This document shows positions 11,557-20,552 of a DNA stretch of 64,000 nt, one piece after another; the first letter of the stretch is position 1, and each line of letters opens with the position of its first letter. The stretch spans positions 72,914-136,913 of the forward strand of contig JAMPAI010000001.1 in assembly GCA_023667315.1 (NCBI GenBank), in the 5' to 3' direction. This stretch comes from Ruminococcus flavefaciens. GTDB lineage: Bacteria; Bacteroidota; Bacteroidia; Bacteroidales; P3. Made by a program: the position numbers and the translations under genes. The notes beneath the pieces are model-generated. The model made no database searches, was not told where the DNA came from, and saw only the letters and a program-made list of their open reading frames with translations.

Positions 11557-11587
11557 GAAAAAAGCCGCGAAGAAAATCTTCGCGGCT
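11557..11587 (-). terminator. rho-independent terminator after tRNA-Leu
   Basis: 10-bp stem agccgcgaag/cttcgcggct, 5-nt loop, followed on the minus strand by a TTTTTT run. Confidence 0.75.
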
Positions 11588-11590
11588 CCG

Positions 11591-11675
11591 TACCCCGAGC
11601 GGGACTTGAACCCGCACGAATTCATCATTCACAGGATTTTAAGTCCTGCGTGTCTACCGATTCCACCATCGGGGC
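11591..11675 (-). tRNA. tRNA-Leu (anticodon UAA), long variable arm
   Basis: Reverse complement is GCCCCGATGGTGGAATCGGTAGACACGCAGGACTTAAAATCCTGTGAATGATGAATTCGTGCGGGTTCAAGTCCCGCTCGGGGTA. It folds by hand into a cloverleaf with anticodon loop CT-TAA-AA and a GTTCAAGTC T-loop. No CCA is encoded. Confidence 0.9.
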
Positions 11676-11701
11676 CCGGCGGCTTGCAAACAAGCCTCAA
11701 A

Positions 11702-11729
11702 CAAAAAAGCCGCTCATTTCGGGCGGCTC
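11702..11729 (-). terminator. rho-independent terminator after tRNA-Gly
   Basis: Minus strand reads AGCCGC-CCGAAATGA-GCGGCT followed by TTTTTTGT. Confidence 0.7.
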
Positions 11730-11733
11730 TTCC

Positions 11734-11809
11734 TGGAGCGGAAAACGAGGTTCGAACTCGCGACCTCAACCTTGGCAAGGTTGCGCTCTACCAGCTGAGC
11801 TACTTCCGC
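11734..11809 (-). tRNA. tRNA-Gly (anticodon GCC), CCA encoded
   Basis: Reverse complement is GCGGAAGTAGCTCAGCTGGTAGAGCGCAACCTTGCCAAGGTTGAGGTCGCGAGTTCGAACCTCGTTTTCCGCTCCA. Canonical D and T loops. Confidence 0.92.
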
Positions 11810-11819
11810 AATCGGACTG

Positions 11820-11827
11820 CAAAGGTA
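11820..11827 (-). promoter_or_regulatory. -7 box TAccTTTG upstream of tRNA-Gly
   Basis: Minus strand reads tgtgTACCTTTGcagtccgat, then the tRNA 5' end 10 nt downstream. Confidence 0.55.
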
Positions 11828-11979
11828 CACATAATTTTTAAACCCCCAAAAAAAATTTCGAAATCTTGATGAGTTTTTTTACAAATCGTTTTTTATCAAT
11901 GTTTTTTGACCAGTCTAAGAAGGTGGAAATTGTTCATAATGCGTTAATAATTTCTCTTGCACGCGCGGGGGAAAAAAAG

Positions 11980-11987
11980 TACTTTCG
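11980..11987 (+). promoter_or_regulatory. -7 box variant TActTTCG upstream of prs
   Basis: aaaaagTACTTTCGcagg, 18 nt upstream of the ATG at 12006. Confidence 0.4.
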
Positions 11988-12005
11988 CAGGCGGAATCAG
12001 CCTTG

Positions 12006-12971
12006 ATGGAAAACCCTCAAACCCAATATACAATGGAAAACAAACCGCAGGTTAAAATCTTTTCGTGCCGCGCCACCCGTTATCTGGCAGACAAAATCGC
12101 CAAGGAATACGGGGCGCCGCTCGGACAGTCGGACGTGGCCATCTTCTCCGATGGCGAATTCCGCCCCTCGTACGAAGAAAACGTGCGCGGAAAGGATGTC
12201 TTTATCGTGCAGTCCACCTTCGCCCCCTCCGACAACCTGTTCGAACTGCTGCTGATGATCGATGCCGCCAAGAGAGCCTCGGCCCGCAGCATCATCGCGG
12301 TGATACCCTACTTCGGCTGCGCCCGTCAGGACCGCAAGGACAAGCCCCGCGTGCCCATCACATCCAAACTGGTGGCCAATATGCTGGCTGCCGCCGGCGT
12401 GTCGCGCATCATCACCATCGACCTGCACGCCGACCAGATCCAGGGCTTCTTCGAAATGCCGGTGGACCACCTCTATGCTTCCTCGGTGTTCGTTCCCTAC
12501 CTGCGTTCGCTCAACCTCGACAACCTCATGGTGGCCTCTCCCGATACGGGTGGAACCCGCCGCGCCAGCATGTACGCCAAGATTTTCGGCACCGGATTCG
12601 CCATCTGCTACAAGCAGCGCAGCAAACCCAACGTGGTTGACAGGATGGAGCTTATCGGCGACGTGGAAGGCAAGAACGTGGTGCTGCTGGACGATATCCT
12701 CGACACGGGCAACACCATGATGAAGGCCGCCGACCTTATCCTGGAGCACGGCGCCAAGAGCGTGCGTGCGGTGGTTACCCATCCCGTGCTCTCGGGCAAC
12801 GCCATCGACCGCATCGAAAAGTCGAACCTGGCCGAACTTATCGTGAGCGACACGATTCCCACCAGCCGTCCCTCCGACAAGATCACCGTGGTTTCGGTGG
12901 CCAAGCTGCTGGCCGAAGTGATCCAGCGCATCGAATCGTACGAAAGCATATCCAATCTCTACACATTGTAG
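12006..12971 (+). CDS. prs: ribose-phosphate diphosphokinase
   Basis: ORF 12003-12971 (TTG, then ATG at 12006; an ATG at 12033 is also possible). Motifs DLHADQIQGFF, PDTGGTRRA and VLLDDILDTGNT. Confidence 0.93.
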   Translation: MENPQTQYTMENKPQVKIFSCRATRYLADKIAKEYGAPLGQSDVAIFSDGEFRPSYEENVRGKDVFIVQSTFAPSDNLFELLLMIDAAKRASARSIIAVIPYFGCARQDRKDKPRVPITSKLVANMLAAAGVSRIITIDLHADQIQGFFEMPVDHLYASSVFVPYLRSLNLDNLMVASPDTGGTRRASMYAKIFGTGFAICYKQRSKPNVVDRMELIGDVEGKNVVLLDDILDTGNTMMKAADLILEHGAKSVRAVVTHPVLSGNAIDRIEKSNLAELIVSDTIPTSRPSDKITVVSVAKLLAEVIQRIESYESISNLYTL

Positions 12972-12987
12972 ATTGGCAATAAAATGC

Positions 12988-12995
12988 TACCTTTG
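12988..12995 (+). promoter_or_regulatory. -7 box TAccTTTG upstream of rplY
   Basis: aaaatgcTACCTTTGcgccc. Confidence 0.5.
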
Positions 12996-12996
12996 C

Positions 12997-13029
12997 GCCC
13001 TTGTTTCCGAAAGGAGGCAAGGGCTTTTT
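12997..13029 (+). terminator. hairpin plus T-run, probable prs terminator overlapping the rplY promoter/TSS
   Basis: gcccttg-(14-nt loop)-caagggc followed by ttttt. The left arm starts 2 nt after the -7 box. Confidence 0.5.
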
Positions 13030-13054
13030 ATAAACATCAAAAACAAAAAAAATC

Positions 13055-13648
13055 ATGAAAGTTGTATCTATGAGCGGTTCTCCCAGAGAGAACGTAGGGA
13101 AAAAAGATGCGCGTGATCTTCGTCTGCAGGGCAACGTTCCCTGCGTGGTTTACGGAGGCGAGAAGGAAATCCGTTTCTTCGCCGCCGCCAAAGACCTGAT
13201 CGAATTGTTCAACAAACCCGAGGTATGCTTCGTGGAACTGGACATCAACGGTCAGAAGGTGAAGGCCATTCCCCAGGAAGTACAGTTCCACAAGGTTACC
13301 GACAGCCTCATGCATGTCGATTTCCTGGAATTGCGCGACGACCGTCCCATCTCGATGGCCATTCCCTTGGTCGTTACCGGTAACTCGGTAGGTGTGCTCA
13401 AGGGCGGCAAGCTCTTGAAACGCATGCGCCGCCTGCGTCTGCGCGCCCTGCCCGCCGACATGCCCGAAAACATCACCGTGGACATCACCAAGCTCGACAT
13501 CGCCGACGAAGTGAAGGTAAAGGACCTCTGCAGCGACAAGTACAAGATTATGGAAGACATGACCGCCGCCGTGGTAACCATCAAGGCTACCCGCAACGCG
13601 GTTGCCGAAGCTCCCGCCGCTGCCGAAGCCGCTGCCGAAGCGAAGTAA
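13055..13648 (+). CDS. rplY: 50S ribosomal protein L25/general stress protein Ctc
   Basis: 197 aa. RENVGKKDARDLRLQGNVPCVVYG at the N-terminus and an Ala-rich C-terminal tail. Confidence 0.9.
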   Translation: MKVVSMSGSPRENVGKKDARDLRLQGNVPCVVYGGEKEIRFFAAAKDLIELFNKPEVCFVELDINGQKVKAIPQEVQFHKVTDSLMHVDFLELRDDRPISMAIPLVVTGNSVGVLKGGKLLKRMRRLRLRALPADMPENITVDITKLDIADEVKVKDLCSDKYKIMEDMTAAVVTIKATRNAVAEAPAAAEAAAEAK

Positions 13649-13687
13649 TCTGGAAAACACGGCCGGAAGGCCGCTCCTTGATAAAAA

Positions 13688-13717
13688 CCGCCGCGAGAAA
13701 TCGCGGCGGTTTTTTTT
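13688..13717 (+). terminator. rho-independent terminator after rplY
   Basis: ccgccgcga-gaaa-tcgcggcgg followed by tttttttt. Confidence 0.8.
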
Positions 13718-13872
13718 ATACCCCGAGCCACCGTTTTTCTGCCGATAAGTAGCGCGCGTTGGTCGGACAAATCGGGTGTTCTGCCGAAAAAACGCCCTAC
13801 AGGTACATCCAGGCCTTGTCTGACAGCCGCCGAAGCCCTAATTTCGCCGGGTATCAAAATACAGCATCATTC

Positions 13873-15252
13873 ATGGTTCGGCATCAAAAATCTACAGAAA
13901 ACCTGCTCAGGACGATGTTTCTGGCCGGAGCTTTCTTCCTGCTTGGTTTCTTGCCTGCACAGACCGACAGCACGGGGCTCTTGCCTGCGGTGAAACCGGC
14001 CGTTTGGTCGCTGCAGCACTGCATCGACTACGCACGCGAGAACAACCTGCAGGTAAAGTCGGCGCAGTTGGACCTTGCGGGCACCGAGGTGGAACTCAAG
14101 ACCGCCAAGGCCTCCCGCTGGCCGTCGTTGAGTTTCAGTTCCAGCCAGGGGTTCACCAACGGAAACAGGTTCAATGAAGGCAACGGCAAGTTCGTGACCA
14201 CCTCCCAATATACGGGCACCTACGCCTTATCGACCGGTCTTACGCTTTACAACGGCGGAAAGATCAACAACACCATCAAGCAGCAGAAGGTGCTGCACGA
14301 AGCCAACCGCTTTCTGGTGGAGAAGGCGCGCAACGACATAGAGATCTCGGTAACCGCCTCGTTCCTGGAAGTGCTCTACGCGCTCGAGACCCTGCACACC
14401 GATTCCGTGGTGTTGGAGAATTCCCGCGCCCAGCTGGAGCAGGCGCAGGCCCGATACGAGGCCGGTGCGATACGCCAGAGCGAATATTCCAGCATCCGGG
14501 CGCAGTACGAAACCGACCGGTACAACTACGTGGTGTCCGAAAACAACCTCTCCAACCGCAGGCTGGAACTGAAGCAGCTGCTGGAATTCGGGCCTGACGA
14601 AGCCTTGGACGTGGCCGTTCCCGCCACCGAACAGCTCAACCTGCTCCGCCGCATGCCTCCGGCCGCCGAAATCTACGAGACCGCCTTGCAGAACATGCCG
14701 GAAATCAGGGCTTCGGAACTCCGTATCTCGGCTTCCGAATACGCCCGCAAGGCCGCCCGCGCCCAGATGATACCCTCCCTTTCGCTCAACGCCTCGGTGG
14801 GAACGGGCTACTACACCACGGCGCAGTTCGCCTTCCTGAACCAGATGCGCAACAACCTGAACGAAAACGTGAACGTGGGCATCAACATCCCCATCTACCA
14901 GCGCCGTCAGGCCAAGTCTTCCATCGAGACGGCCAAGATCAACACCGAGCAGGCCATGCTGAACCTGCAGACCGAGCAGAAGCAGCTGCTCAAGGAAGTG
15001 GAACAGGCCTGGCAGGACGCGCGTTCGGCGCAGTCGCGCTACGAGGCCGCCAACCGTCAGTACGAGGCCGCCGTGTTGAGCTACAACCTGGTGCAGGAAG
15101 AATACGGCGCGGGCGGAAAGACGCTGGTGGACGTGCTCAGCGAAAAATCCACCTATCTGGCTTCGGTGGAAGAAATGCTCAAGTCCAAATACCAGGCGGT
15201 GCTTTCCATGCGTCTGCTTGATTTTTATATGAACCGTCCGGCTTCGTTTTAG
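13873..15252 (+). CDS. TolC-family outer membrane efflux protein
   Basis: ORF 13759-15252 trimmed to the ATG at 13873 (MVRHQKSTENLLRTMFLAGAFFLLGFLPAQ signal). Two-repeat coiled/OEP-like sequence. First gene of the efflux operon. Confidence 0.82.
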   Translation: MVRHQKSTENLLRTMFLAGAFFLLGFLPAQTDSTGLLPAVKPAVWSLQHCIDYARENNLQVKSAQLDLAGTEVELKTAKASRWPSLSFSSSQGFTNGNRFNEGNGKFVTTSQYTGTYALSTGLTLYNGGKINNTIKQQKVLHEANRFLVEKARNDIEISVTASFLEVLYALETLHTDSVVLENSRAQLEQAQARYEAGAIRQSEYSSIRAQYETDRYNYVVSENNLSNRRLELKQLLEFGPDEALDVAVPATEQLNLLRRMPPAAEIYETALQNMPEIRASELRISASEYARKAARAQMIPSLSLNASVGTGYYTTAQFAFLNQMRNNLNENVNVGINIPIYQRRQAKSSIETAKINTEQAMLNLQTEQKQLLKEVEQAWQDARSAQSRYEAANRQYEAAVLSYNLVQEEYGAGGKTLVDVLSEKSTYLASVEEMLKSKYQAVLSMRLLDFYMNRPASF

Positions 15253-15288
15253 CCGGTACGGAAGAATGATGATTGAAACTAAAAGGAG

Positions 15289-16647
15289 ATGAAAAGAAAA
15301 CAGGTATTAATCTGGACGGGAATCGTGGTTCTGGTGGCCGCAACCGCTTTCCTTATCGTCAGGAAAAGCGGCGGGAAGGCCGGCAAGGCAACCTACGAGA
15401 CCCAGGTGATAGGCCGGGGCGACATGGAGAACAGCGTTACCGCCACCGGCACCGTCGAACCCATGGAACAGGTGGAGGTGGGCACGCAGGTGTCGGGCAT
15501 CATCGACAAGATCCATGTGGATTACAACAGCAAGGTAAAAAAAGGCGAGGTGATCGCCGAGCTGGACAAGACCGTGCTGCAGGCCGAGCTGGAAACGGCG
15601 CGGCTGAGCGTGGAGTCGAACCGCAACGAGTTCAACTACCAGGAAAAGAACTACAGGCGCAACAAACAGCTGTACGACAAGAAGCTTATCAGCGACAGCG
15701 AGATCGAGACCGCCGAATACAACTACCACAAGGCCAAGATAGCCTACGAGCAGTCGCTGGCGCAGGAGGTGAAGGCGCGCACCAACCTCGGCTACGCCAC
15801 CATCTATTCGCCCATCGACGGCATCGTGATCTCCAAGGCCGTGGAAGTGGGGCAGACGGTGGCTTCCTCGTTCAGCACGCCCACGCTATTCACCATTGCC
15901 GACGACCTGCACCGCATCCAGGTGGTGGCCGACGTGGATGAGGCCGACATAGGCCAGGTGGAGGAAGGCGCCGAGGTTACCTTCAGCGTGGACGCATATC
16001 CGGACGAACGTTTCGAGGGCAAGGTGAACCAGGTGCGCATGGAGGCCGTAACCACCAACAACGTGGTTACCTACGAGGTGGTGATCCATGCCGAGAACCC
16101 CGACCTGAAGCTAAAGCCGGGGCTTACCGCCAACATCAACATCTATTCGATGCGGCGTCAGAACGTGCTGAGGCTGCCGGTAAAGGCCACCAAGTTCCGG
16201 CCGGCCGAGAGACCCGATTTCAAGGACAGGCCCGAACCGAAAGGCCGTCCTGAATCGGGCGACACGATGCACCGCAGGCCTCCCTTCCCCAAGGACTCCG
16301 CGATGCGCCCGCACCGTGGCCCCAGACCGGGCGATTCGATGCACCGCAGGCCTCCCTTCCCCCATGGTGAAAGGCCCTTTATGGAAGATTCCGCCGACAG
16401 CGATATAAAGCTGGTGTTCGTGATGGGCAGTGCCGAAGGCTCGGATGAGCCCGTATTGCAGCCGAGAAAGGTGCGCGTGGGGGTTTCCGACCGCATCTAT
16501 TATGAGGTGCTGGGCGGCCTGGGCGAAGGCGAGCAGGTGTGCGTGGGCATGGGCTCGGCCAACACAAAGGCCATGGAGATGGGTTCGGCCCAGCGCAGCC
16601 CCTTCATGCCGGGACCTCCGGGCCGGGGCAACAACCGCAAAAAATAA
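15289..16647 (+). CDS. efflux transporter periplasmic adaptor subunit (HlyD/MacA-like) with a Pro/Arg-rich insert
   Basis: 452 aa. N-terminal TM, lipoyl/hairpin/beta-barrel type sequence (GTVEPMEQVEVGTQVSGII..., IYSPIDGIVISK). Confidence 0.85.
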   Translation: MKRKQVLIWTGIVVLVAATAFLIVRKSGGKAGKATYETQVIGRGDMENSVTATGTVEPMEQVEVGTQVSGIIDKIHVDYNSKVKKGEVIAELDKTVLQAELETARLSVESNRNEFNYQEKNYRRNKQLYDKKLISDSEIETAEYNYHKAKIAYEQSLAQEVKARTNLGYATIYSPIDGIVISKAVEVGQTVASSFSTPTLFTIADDLHRIQVVADVDEADIGQVEEGAEVTFSVDAYPDERFEGKVNQVRMEAVTTNNVVTYEVVIHAENPDLKLKPGLTANINIYSMRRQNVLRLPVKATKFRPAERPDFKDRPEPKGRPESGDTMHRRPPFPKDSAMRPHRGPRPGDSMHRRPPFPHGERPFMEDSADSDIKLVFVMGSAEGSDEPVLQPRKVRVGVSDRIYYEVLGGLGEGEQVCVGMGSANTKAMEMGSAQRSPFMPGPPGRGNNRKK

Positions 16648-16654
16648 CAGGGAA

Positions 16655-17401
16655 ATGGCGTTGAAGAAGATTATAGAAGTGGCCGACCTGCGCCGCGATT
16701 TCAAGGTGGGCGCGGAAACCGTGCATGCCTTGCGCGGCGTAAGCTTCGAGATAGAGGAGGGCGAGTTCGTCACCATCATGGGCACCAGCGGTTCGGGCAA
16801 GAGCACGCTGCTGAACATGCTGGGCTGCCTGGACACGCCCACTTCGGGCGAGTACCGCCTGGACGGAATCCCGGTGCGCAGCATGAACCGGAACCAGCGG
16901 GCGGACATCCGCAACCGCAAGATCGGCTTCGTGTTCCAGTCGTACAACCTGCTATCCAAGACCACCGCGCTCGAGAACGTAGAACTGCCGCTGCTCTACA
17001 ACAAGTCGGTGAACGCGGCCATGCGCCGCAAGCGCGCCGAGGAGGCCCTGTGCAAGGTGGGGCTGGCCGACCGCATGGAACACCGTTCCAACCAGATGTC
17101 GGGCGGGCAGCAGCAGCGGGTGGCCATTGCCCGCGCCCTGGTGAACGAGCCGGTGCTCATTCTGGCCGACGAGGCCACCGGGAACCTCGACTCCCGCACG
17201 TCTTACGAGATCCTGAGCCTTTTCCAGGACCTGCACGCCGAGGGGCGCACCATCGTGTTCGTTACCCACAACCCCGAGCTGGCAAGCTTCAGCAGCCGCA
17301 ACATCGTGCTCAAGGACGGCCATGTGGTGGAAGACCGCCGCAATCCCGATGTGCGTTCGGCCAAAACCGTTTTGGAATCGCTTCCCAAAGAAGACGATTA
17401 G
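16655..17401 (+). CDS. ABC transporter ATP-binding protein (MacB ATPase part)
   Basis: ORF 16430-17401 trimmed to the ATG at 16655 ([19 protein letters not shown]). Walker [10 protein letters not shown], signature [15 protein letters not shown], Walker [12 protein letters not shown]. Confidence 0.93.
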   Translation: MALKKIIEVADLRRDFKVGAETVHALRGVSFEIEEGEFVTIMGTSGSGKSTLLNMLGCLDTPTSGEYRLDGIPVRSMNRNQRADIRNRKIGFVFQSYNLLSKTTALENVELPLLYNKSVNAAMRRKRAEEALCKVGLADRMEHRSNQMSGGQQQRVAIARALVNEPVLILADEATGNLDSRTSYEILSLFQDLHAEGRTIVFVTHNPELASFSSRNIVLKDGHVVEDRRNPDVRSAKTVLESLPKEDD

Positions 17402-17420
17402 ATCCCTTAATCCGCGAAAG

Positions 17421-18641
17421 ATGAATTGGAAGAATTTGATACAGATGGCGTTCCGCTCGCTCAAGAGCAACAAGTTCCGCTGTTTCCTCACGATGCTGGG
17501 CATTATCATCGGCGTGTCGTCGGTCATCACGATGCTGGCCATCGGACAGGGTTCCAAGCAGAGCATACGGGCGCAGATTTCCGAGATGGGCTCGAACGTA
17601 ATCATGGTCTTTCCCGGCAACCGCAAGGCGGGCGGGGTGAGGCTCAGCGCCAGCGAGATGCAGACGCTCAAGCTTGCAGACTACGAGGACGTGAAGAACG
17701 AGGCCACCCTGTTGAGCCGGGTCTCTCCCATGGCCAGCAGCAGCGGGCAGTTTATCTACGGCGCCAAGAACACGCCCTCCACGCTCTACGGCATAAACGC
17801 CGACTACCTGGAGATACGCAAGCTGGAAGTGGAGCAGGGCGAGATGTTCGGCGAGGAAGACATCCGTTCGTTGGCCAAGGTGTGCATCGTGGGGCAGACC
17901 GTTATCGACAACCTGTTCGAGGCGGGGGAGGAAGTCCTGGGCAAGACCATCCGCTTTAACGCCACGCCTTTCAAGATTATCGGCATCCTCAAGAAAAAGG
18001 GTTACAACAGCATGGGGCAGGATCAGGACGACCTGGTGCTGGCGCCCTACACCTCGGTGCAGAAACGTATTCTGGCGGTAACCTACCTGCGCGGACTGTA
18101 CGCCAGCGCGGTCAAGGAAGAGGAGAGCGAGGCGGCCATCGAACAGATCACCGCCATCCTGCGCCGCAACCACCACCTGCAGGAAGGGGCCGACAACGAT
18201 TTCGAGGTGCGCTCCCAGGAAGAGCTCAGCAACATGCTCAGCTCCACCACCAACCTGCTTACGGTGCTGCTGGCCAGTATCGCCGGCATCTCGCTTCTGG
18301 TGGGCGGCATCGGCATCATGAACATCATGTACGTGTCGGTTACCGAACGCACCAAGGAGATAGGCCTACGGCTCTCCATCGGCGCCAAGGGGCGGCATAT
18401 CCTGTGGCAGTTCCTCATCGAGTCGGTGTTCATCAGCGTGAGCGGCGGCCTGGTTGGCGTGCTTTTGGGTATCCTGGCCTCGATGGCGGTGAAATATATG
18501 GCGGGATGGCCTATCTTTGTGCAGCCGTGGTCGGTATTGCTGGCCTTTGCCGTATGTACGGTGACGGGCGTTTTCTTCGGCTGGTACCCGGCAAAGAAGG
18601 CGGCGAACCTCGACCCCATCGACGCCTTGCGTTACGAATAG
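17421..18641 (+). CDS. ABC transporter permease (MacB_PCD + FtsX domains)
   Basis: ORF 17322-18641 trimmed to the ATG at 17421 (MNWKNLIQMAFRSLKSNKFRCFLTMLGIIIGVSS). C-terminal TERTKEIGLRLSIGA and PAKKAANLDPIDALRYE. Confidence 0.92.
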   Translation: MNWKNLIQMAFRSLKSNKFRCFLTMLGIIIGVSSVITMLAIGQGSKQSIRAQISEMGSNVIMVFPGNRKAGGVRLSASEMQTLKLADYEDVKNEATLLSRVSPMASSSGQFIYGAKNTPSTLYGINADYLEIRKLEVEQGEMFGEEDIRSLAKVCIVGQTVIDNLFEAGEEVLGKTIRFNATPFKIIGILKKKGYNSMGQDQDDLVLAPYTSVQKRILAVTYLRGLYASAVKEEESEAAIEQITAILRRNHHLQEGADNDFEVRSQEELSNMLSSTTNLLTVLLASIAGISLLVGGIGIMNIMYVSVTERTKEIGLRLSIGAKGRHILWQFLIESVFISVSGGLVGVLLGILASMAVKYMAGWPIFVQPWSVLLAFAVCTVTGVFFGWYPAKKAANLDPIDALRYE

Positions 18642-18650
18642 CAGAAAGCC

Positions 18651-19748
18651 ATGAACACAGACATTACGGGCAGGGAAATGAATCTTGGCAACCGCCGACC
18701 CTTCGTGGCCGTGGTGCACGTGGCCGCATGGCTGTTCTTCTTCCTTTGGCCGTGGCTGCTCTTTCAGGGCGAGACGCCCAGGTTCGAGCGCTTCTACGTG
18801 CGCTACCTCATCTTCCCCTTCCTTTCGGTGGGCGTGTTCTACCTCAACTACGCGCGCTGGATTCCCCGGTATTTCTTCGAGCACCGCATAGGCCGGTTCA
18901 TCGTACTGAACCTCGTGCTGCTGCTGGCGGGCATGGCGGTGATCCATTTCTGGCACGAAAACGTGATCGACTGCATCTACGGCGCCCCTCCGGGCAGGCG
19001 TCCGCCGGGCGGTTTCCGCTGGTTCTTTATCTTCCAGAACTTCATGAACCTGCTTATGGTGGCCGTGGTGGCGCTGGTGCTGCGGCTCACCGGGCGCTGG
19101 TACAAGTCGGAGATAGACCGGCAGGCTCTGGCCAACCAGCGGAACCTGGCCGAACTGAAGAACCTCAAGAGCCAGCTGCACCCGCATTTCCTGTTCAACA
19201 CCCTCAACAACATCTACGCCCTGATAGCGATTGAACCCGAGAAGGCGCAGGGCGCCGTGTACGACTTGGGCAGCCTGCTCCGCTACGTGCTCAAGGAAAG
19301 CGAGCGGGAGCGCGTGCCGCTTAAGGACGAGGTGGCGTTCATGAAGAACTACATCGGGCTGATGAAGCTCCGCATCGACGAAAGGACCGCGCTCCGCGTG
19401 GAGCTTCCCGGCGAGGAGAAGACGCACAACTGCACGATTCCGCCGCTGTTGTTCATCAACCTGATAGAAAACGCGTTCAAGCACGGTATCGGCGCCGCCG
19501 GATCCGAGATCTCGATAAAGTTTGAACTCGACAGGATACAGAGACGCCTGTTCTTTACCTGCCGCAACACCGTGGCCGGGCAGCCCGAAAGCGACGGCCC
19601 TCCGCTGCTGCAGCAAGACACGGGCGTGGGGCTGGCCAACCTCAGGAAACGCCTGGCGTACATCTACGGCGAGGATTACCGTTTCGACCTGAAGCTGGAA
19701 AACGGTTTCTACACCGCTTTTCTCGCGATACCCTTGGAATACGATTAA
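18651..19748 (+). CDS. LytS/YehU-type sensor histidine kinase
   Basis: 365 aa. Several N-terminal TM helices, then LKSQLHPHFLFNTLNNIYALI (His_kinase motif) and an HATPase-like C-terminus. Confidence 0.85.
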   Translation: MNTDITGREMNLGNRRPFVAVVHVAAWLFFFLWPWLLFQGETPRFERFYVRYLIFPFLSVGVFYLNYARWIPRYFFEHRIGRFIVLNLVLLLAGMAVIHFWHENVIDCIYGAPPGRRPPGGFRWFFIFQNFMNLLMVAVVALVLRLTGRWYKSEIDRQALANQRNLAELKNLKSQLHPHFLFNTLNNIYALIAIEPEKAQGAVYDLGSLLRYVLKESERERVPLKDEVAFMKNYIGLMKLRIDERTALRVELPGEEKTHNCTIPPLLFINLIENAFKHGIGAAGSEISIKFELDRIQRRLFFTCRNTVAGQPESDGPPLLQQDTGVGLANLRKRLAYIYGEDYRFDLKLENGFYTAFLAIPLEYD

Positions 19749-19766
19749 ACCCTGAAAGGAGAGCGT

Positions 19767-20552
19767 ATGCAGACAATACGATGTGTGGTGGTGGACGACG
19801 AGCCCCTGGCGCTCAAGATGATGTGCGCCTACGTGGAGAAAACGCCGGGACTGGAGCTGTACGGCGCGTTCTCAAACAGCGCGGAGGCTCTGGAGTTCCT
19901 GCGTTCCGAGCCGGTTCAGCTGGCCTTTCTCGACATTCAGATGCCGGGGCTCAACGGTCTGGAACTGAGTACGCTCATCGAAGACCGGCCGCTGCGCATC
20001 GTGTTCGTTACCGCCTTCGAGCAGTACGCCCTGCAGGGTTTCAAAGCCAACGCGCTCGACTACCTGCTCAAGCCCGCCAGCTACGACGACTTCATGCGGG
20101 CCGTTAAGCGGGCGCAGGCCTGGTTCGGGAGAGATGATGCGGGTGCAGGTCAGAACGATGGGCAGAACGCCTTTTTCCGCAGCGATTCGGCGCATAAGGA
20201 CGGCTTTTTCGTGCGCGCCGACTACCGCTGGGTGCATATCCGGGTCGAAGACATCCTGTTCGTGGAAAGCGACAAGGATTACGTAAAGATACACCTCGAC
20301 CCCGAGGGCAGGTCGCGTCAGGACACGCCCGGTTCCCCGTTCTGCGTCATGACCCTGCAATGCCTCAAGGTGCTGGAGGAAAAACTCTCTCAGGAAGATT
20401 TCGTGCGGGTCCACCGTTCCTTTCTGGTGAACCTGAACCGGGTGGCGAGCATCGAGAAAAGCCGCGTCGTGTTCGCCGGCGGACAGGCCGTGCCCGTGTC
20501 GGATTCCTACCGGCAGGCGCTCGACAGCCGCATTTCCGGCCGCAGCCTATAG
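19767..20552 (+). CDS. LytTR-family response regulator
   Basis: 261 aa. Receiver domain (VVDDEPLAL...LDIQMPGLNG...LLKP) and a C-terminal LytTR region (FVRVHRSFLVNLNRV). Confidence 0.9.
   Translation: MQTIRCVVVDDEPLALKMMCAYVEKTPGLELYGAFSNSAEALEFLRSEPVQLAFLDIQMPGLNGLELSTLIEDRPLRIVFVTAFEQYALQGFKANALDYLLKPASYDDFMRAVKRAQAWFGRDDAGAGQNDGQNAFFRSDSAHKDGFFVRADYRWVHIRVEDILFVESDKDYVKIHLDPEGRSRQDTPGSPFCVMTLQCLKVLEEKLSQEDFVRVHRSFLVNLNRVASIEKSRVVFAGGQAVPVSDSYRQALDSRISGRSL

Noticed and set aside
11516-11632. N-terminal extension of xseA reaching 11632.
   Set aside because: It would run through the tRNA-Leu terminator and into tRNA-Leu itself. The internal ATG at 11515 is preceded by a TAtcTTTG box.
20547-20552. 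Convergent stop-codon overlaps (LytTR/rnr 6 nt; T9SS cargo/MBOAT 4 nt at 46705-46708) as regulatory features.
   Set aside because: Short convergent overlaps are common in compact genomes, and no associated structure was seen.
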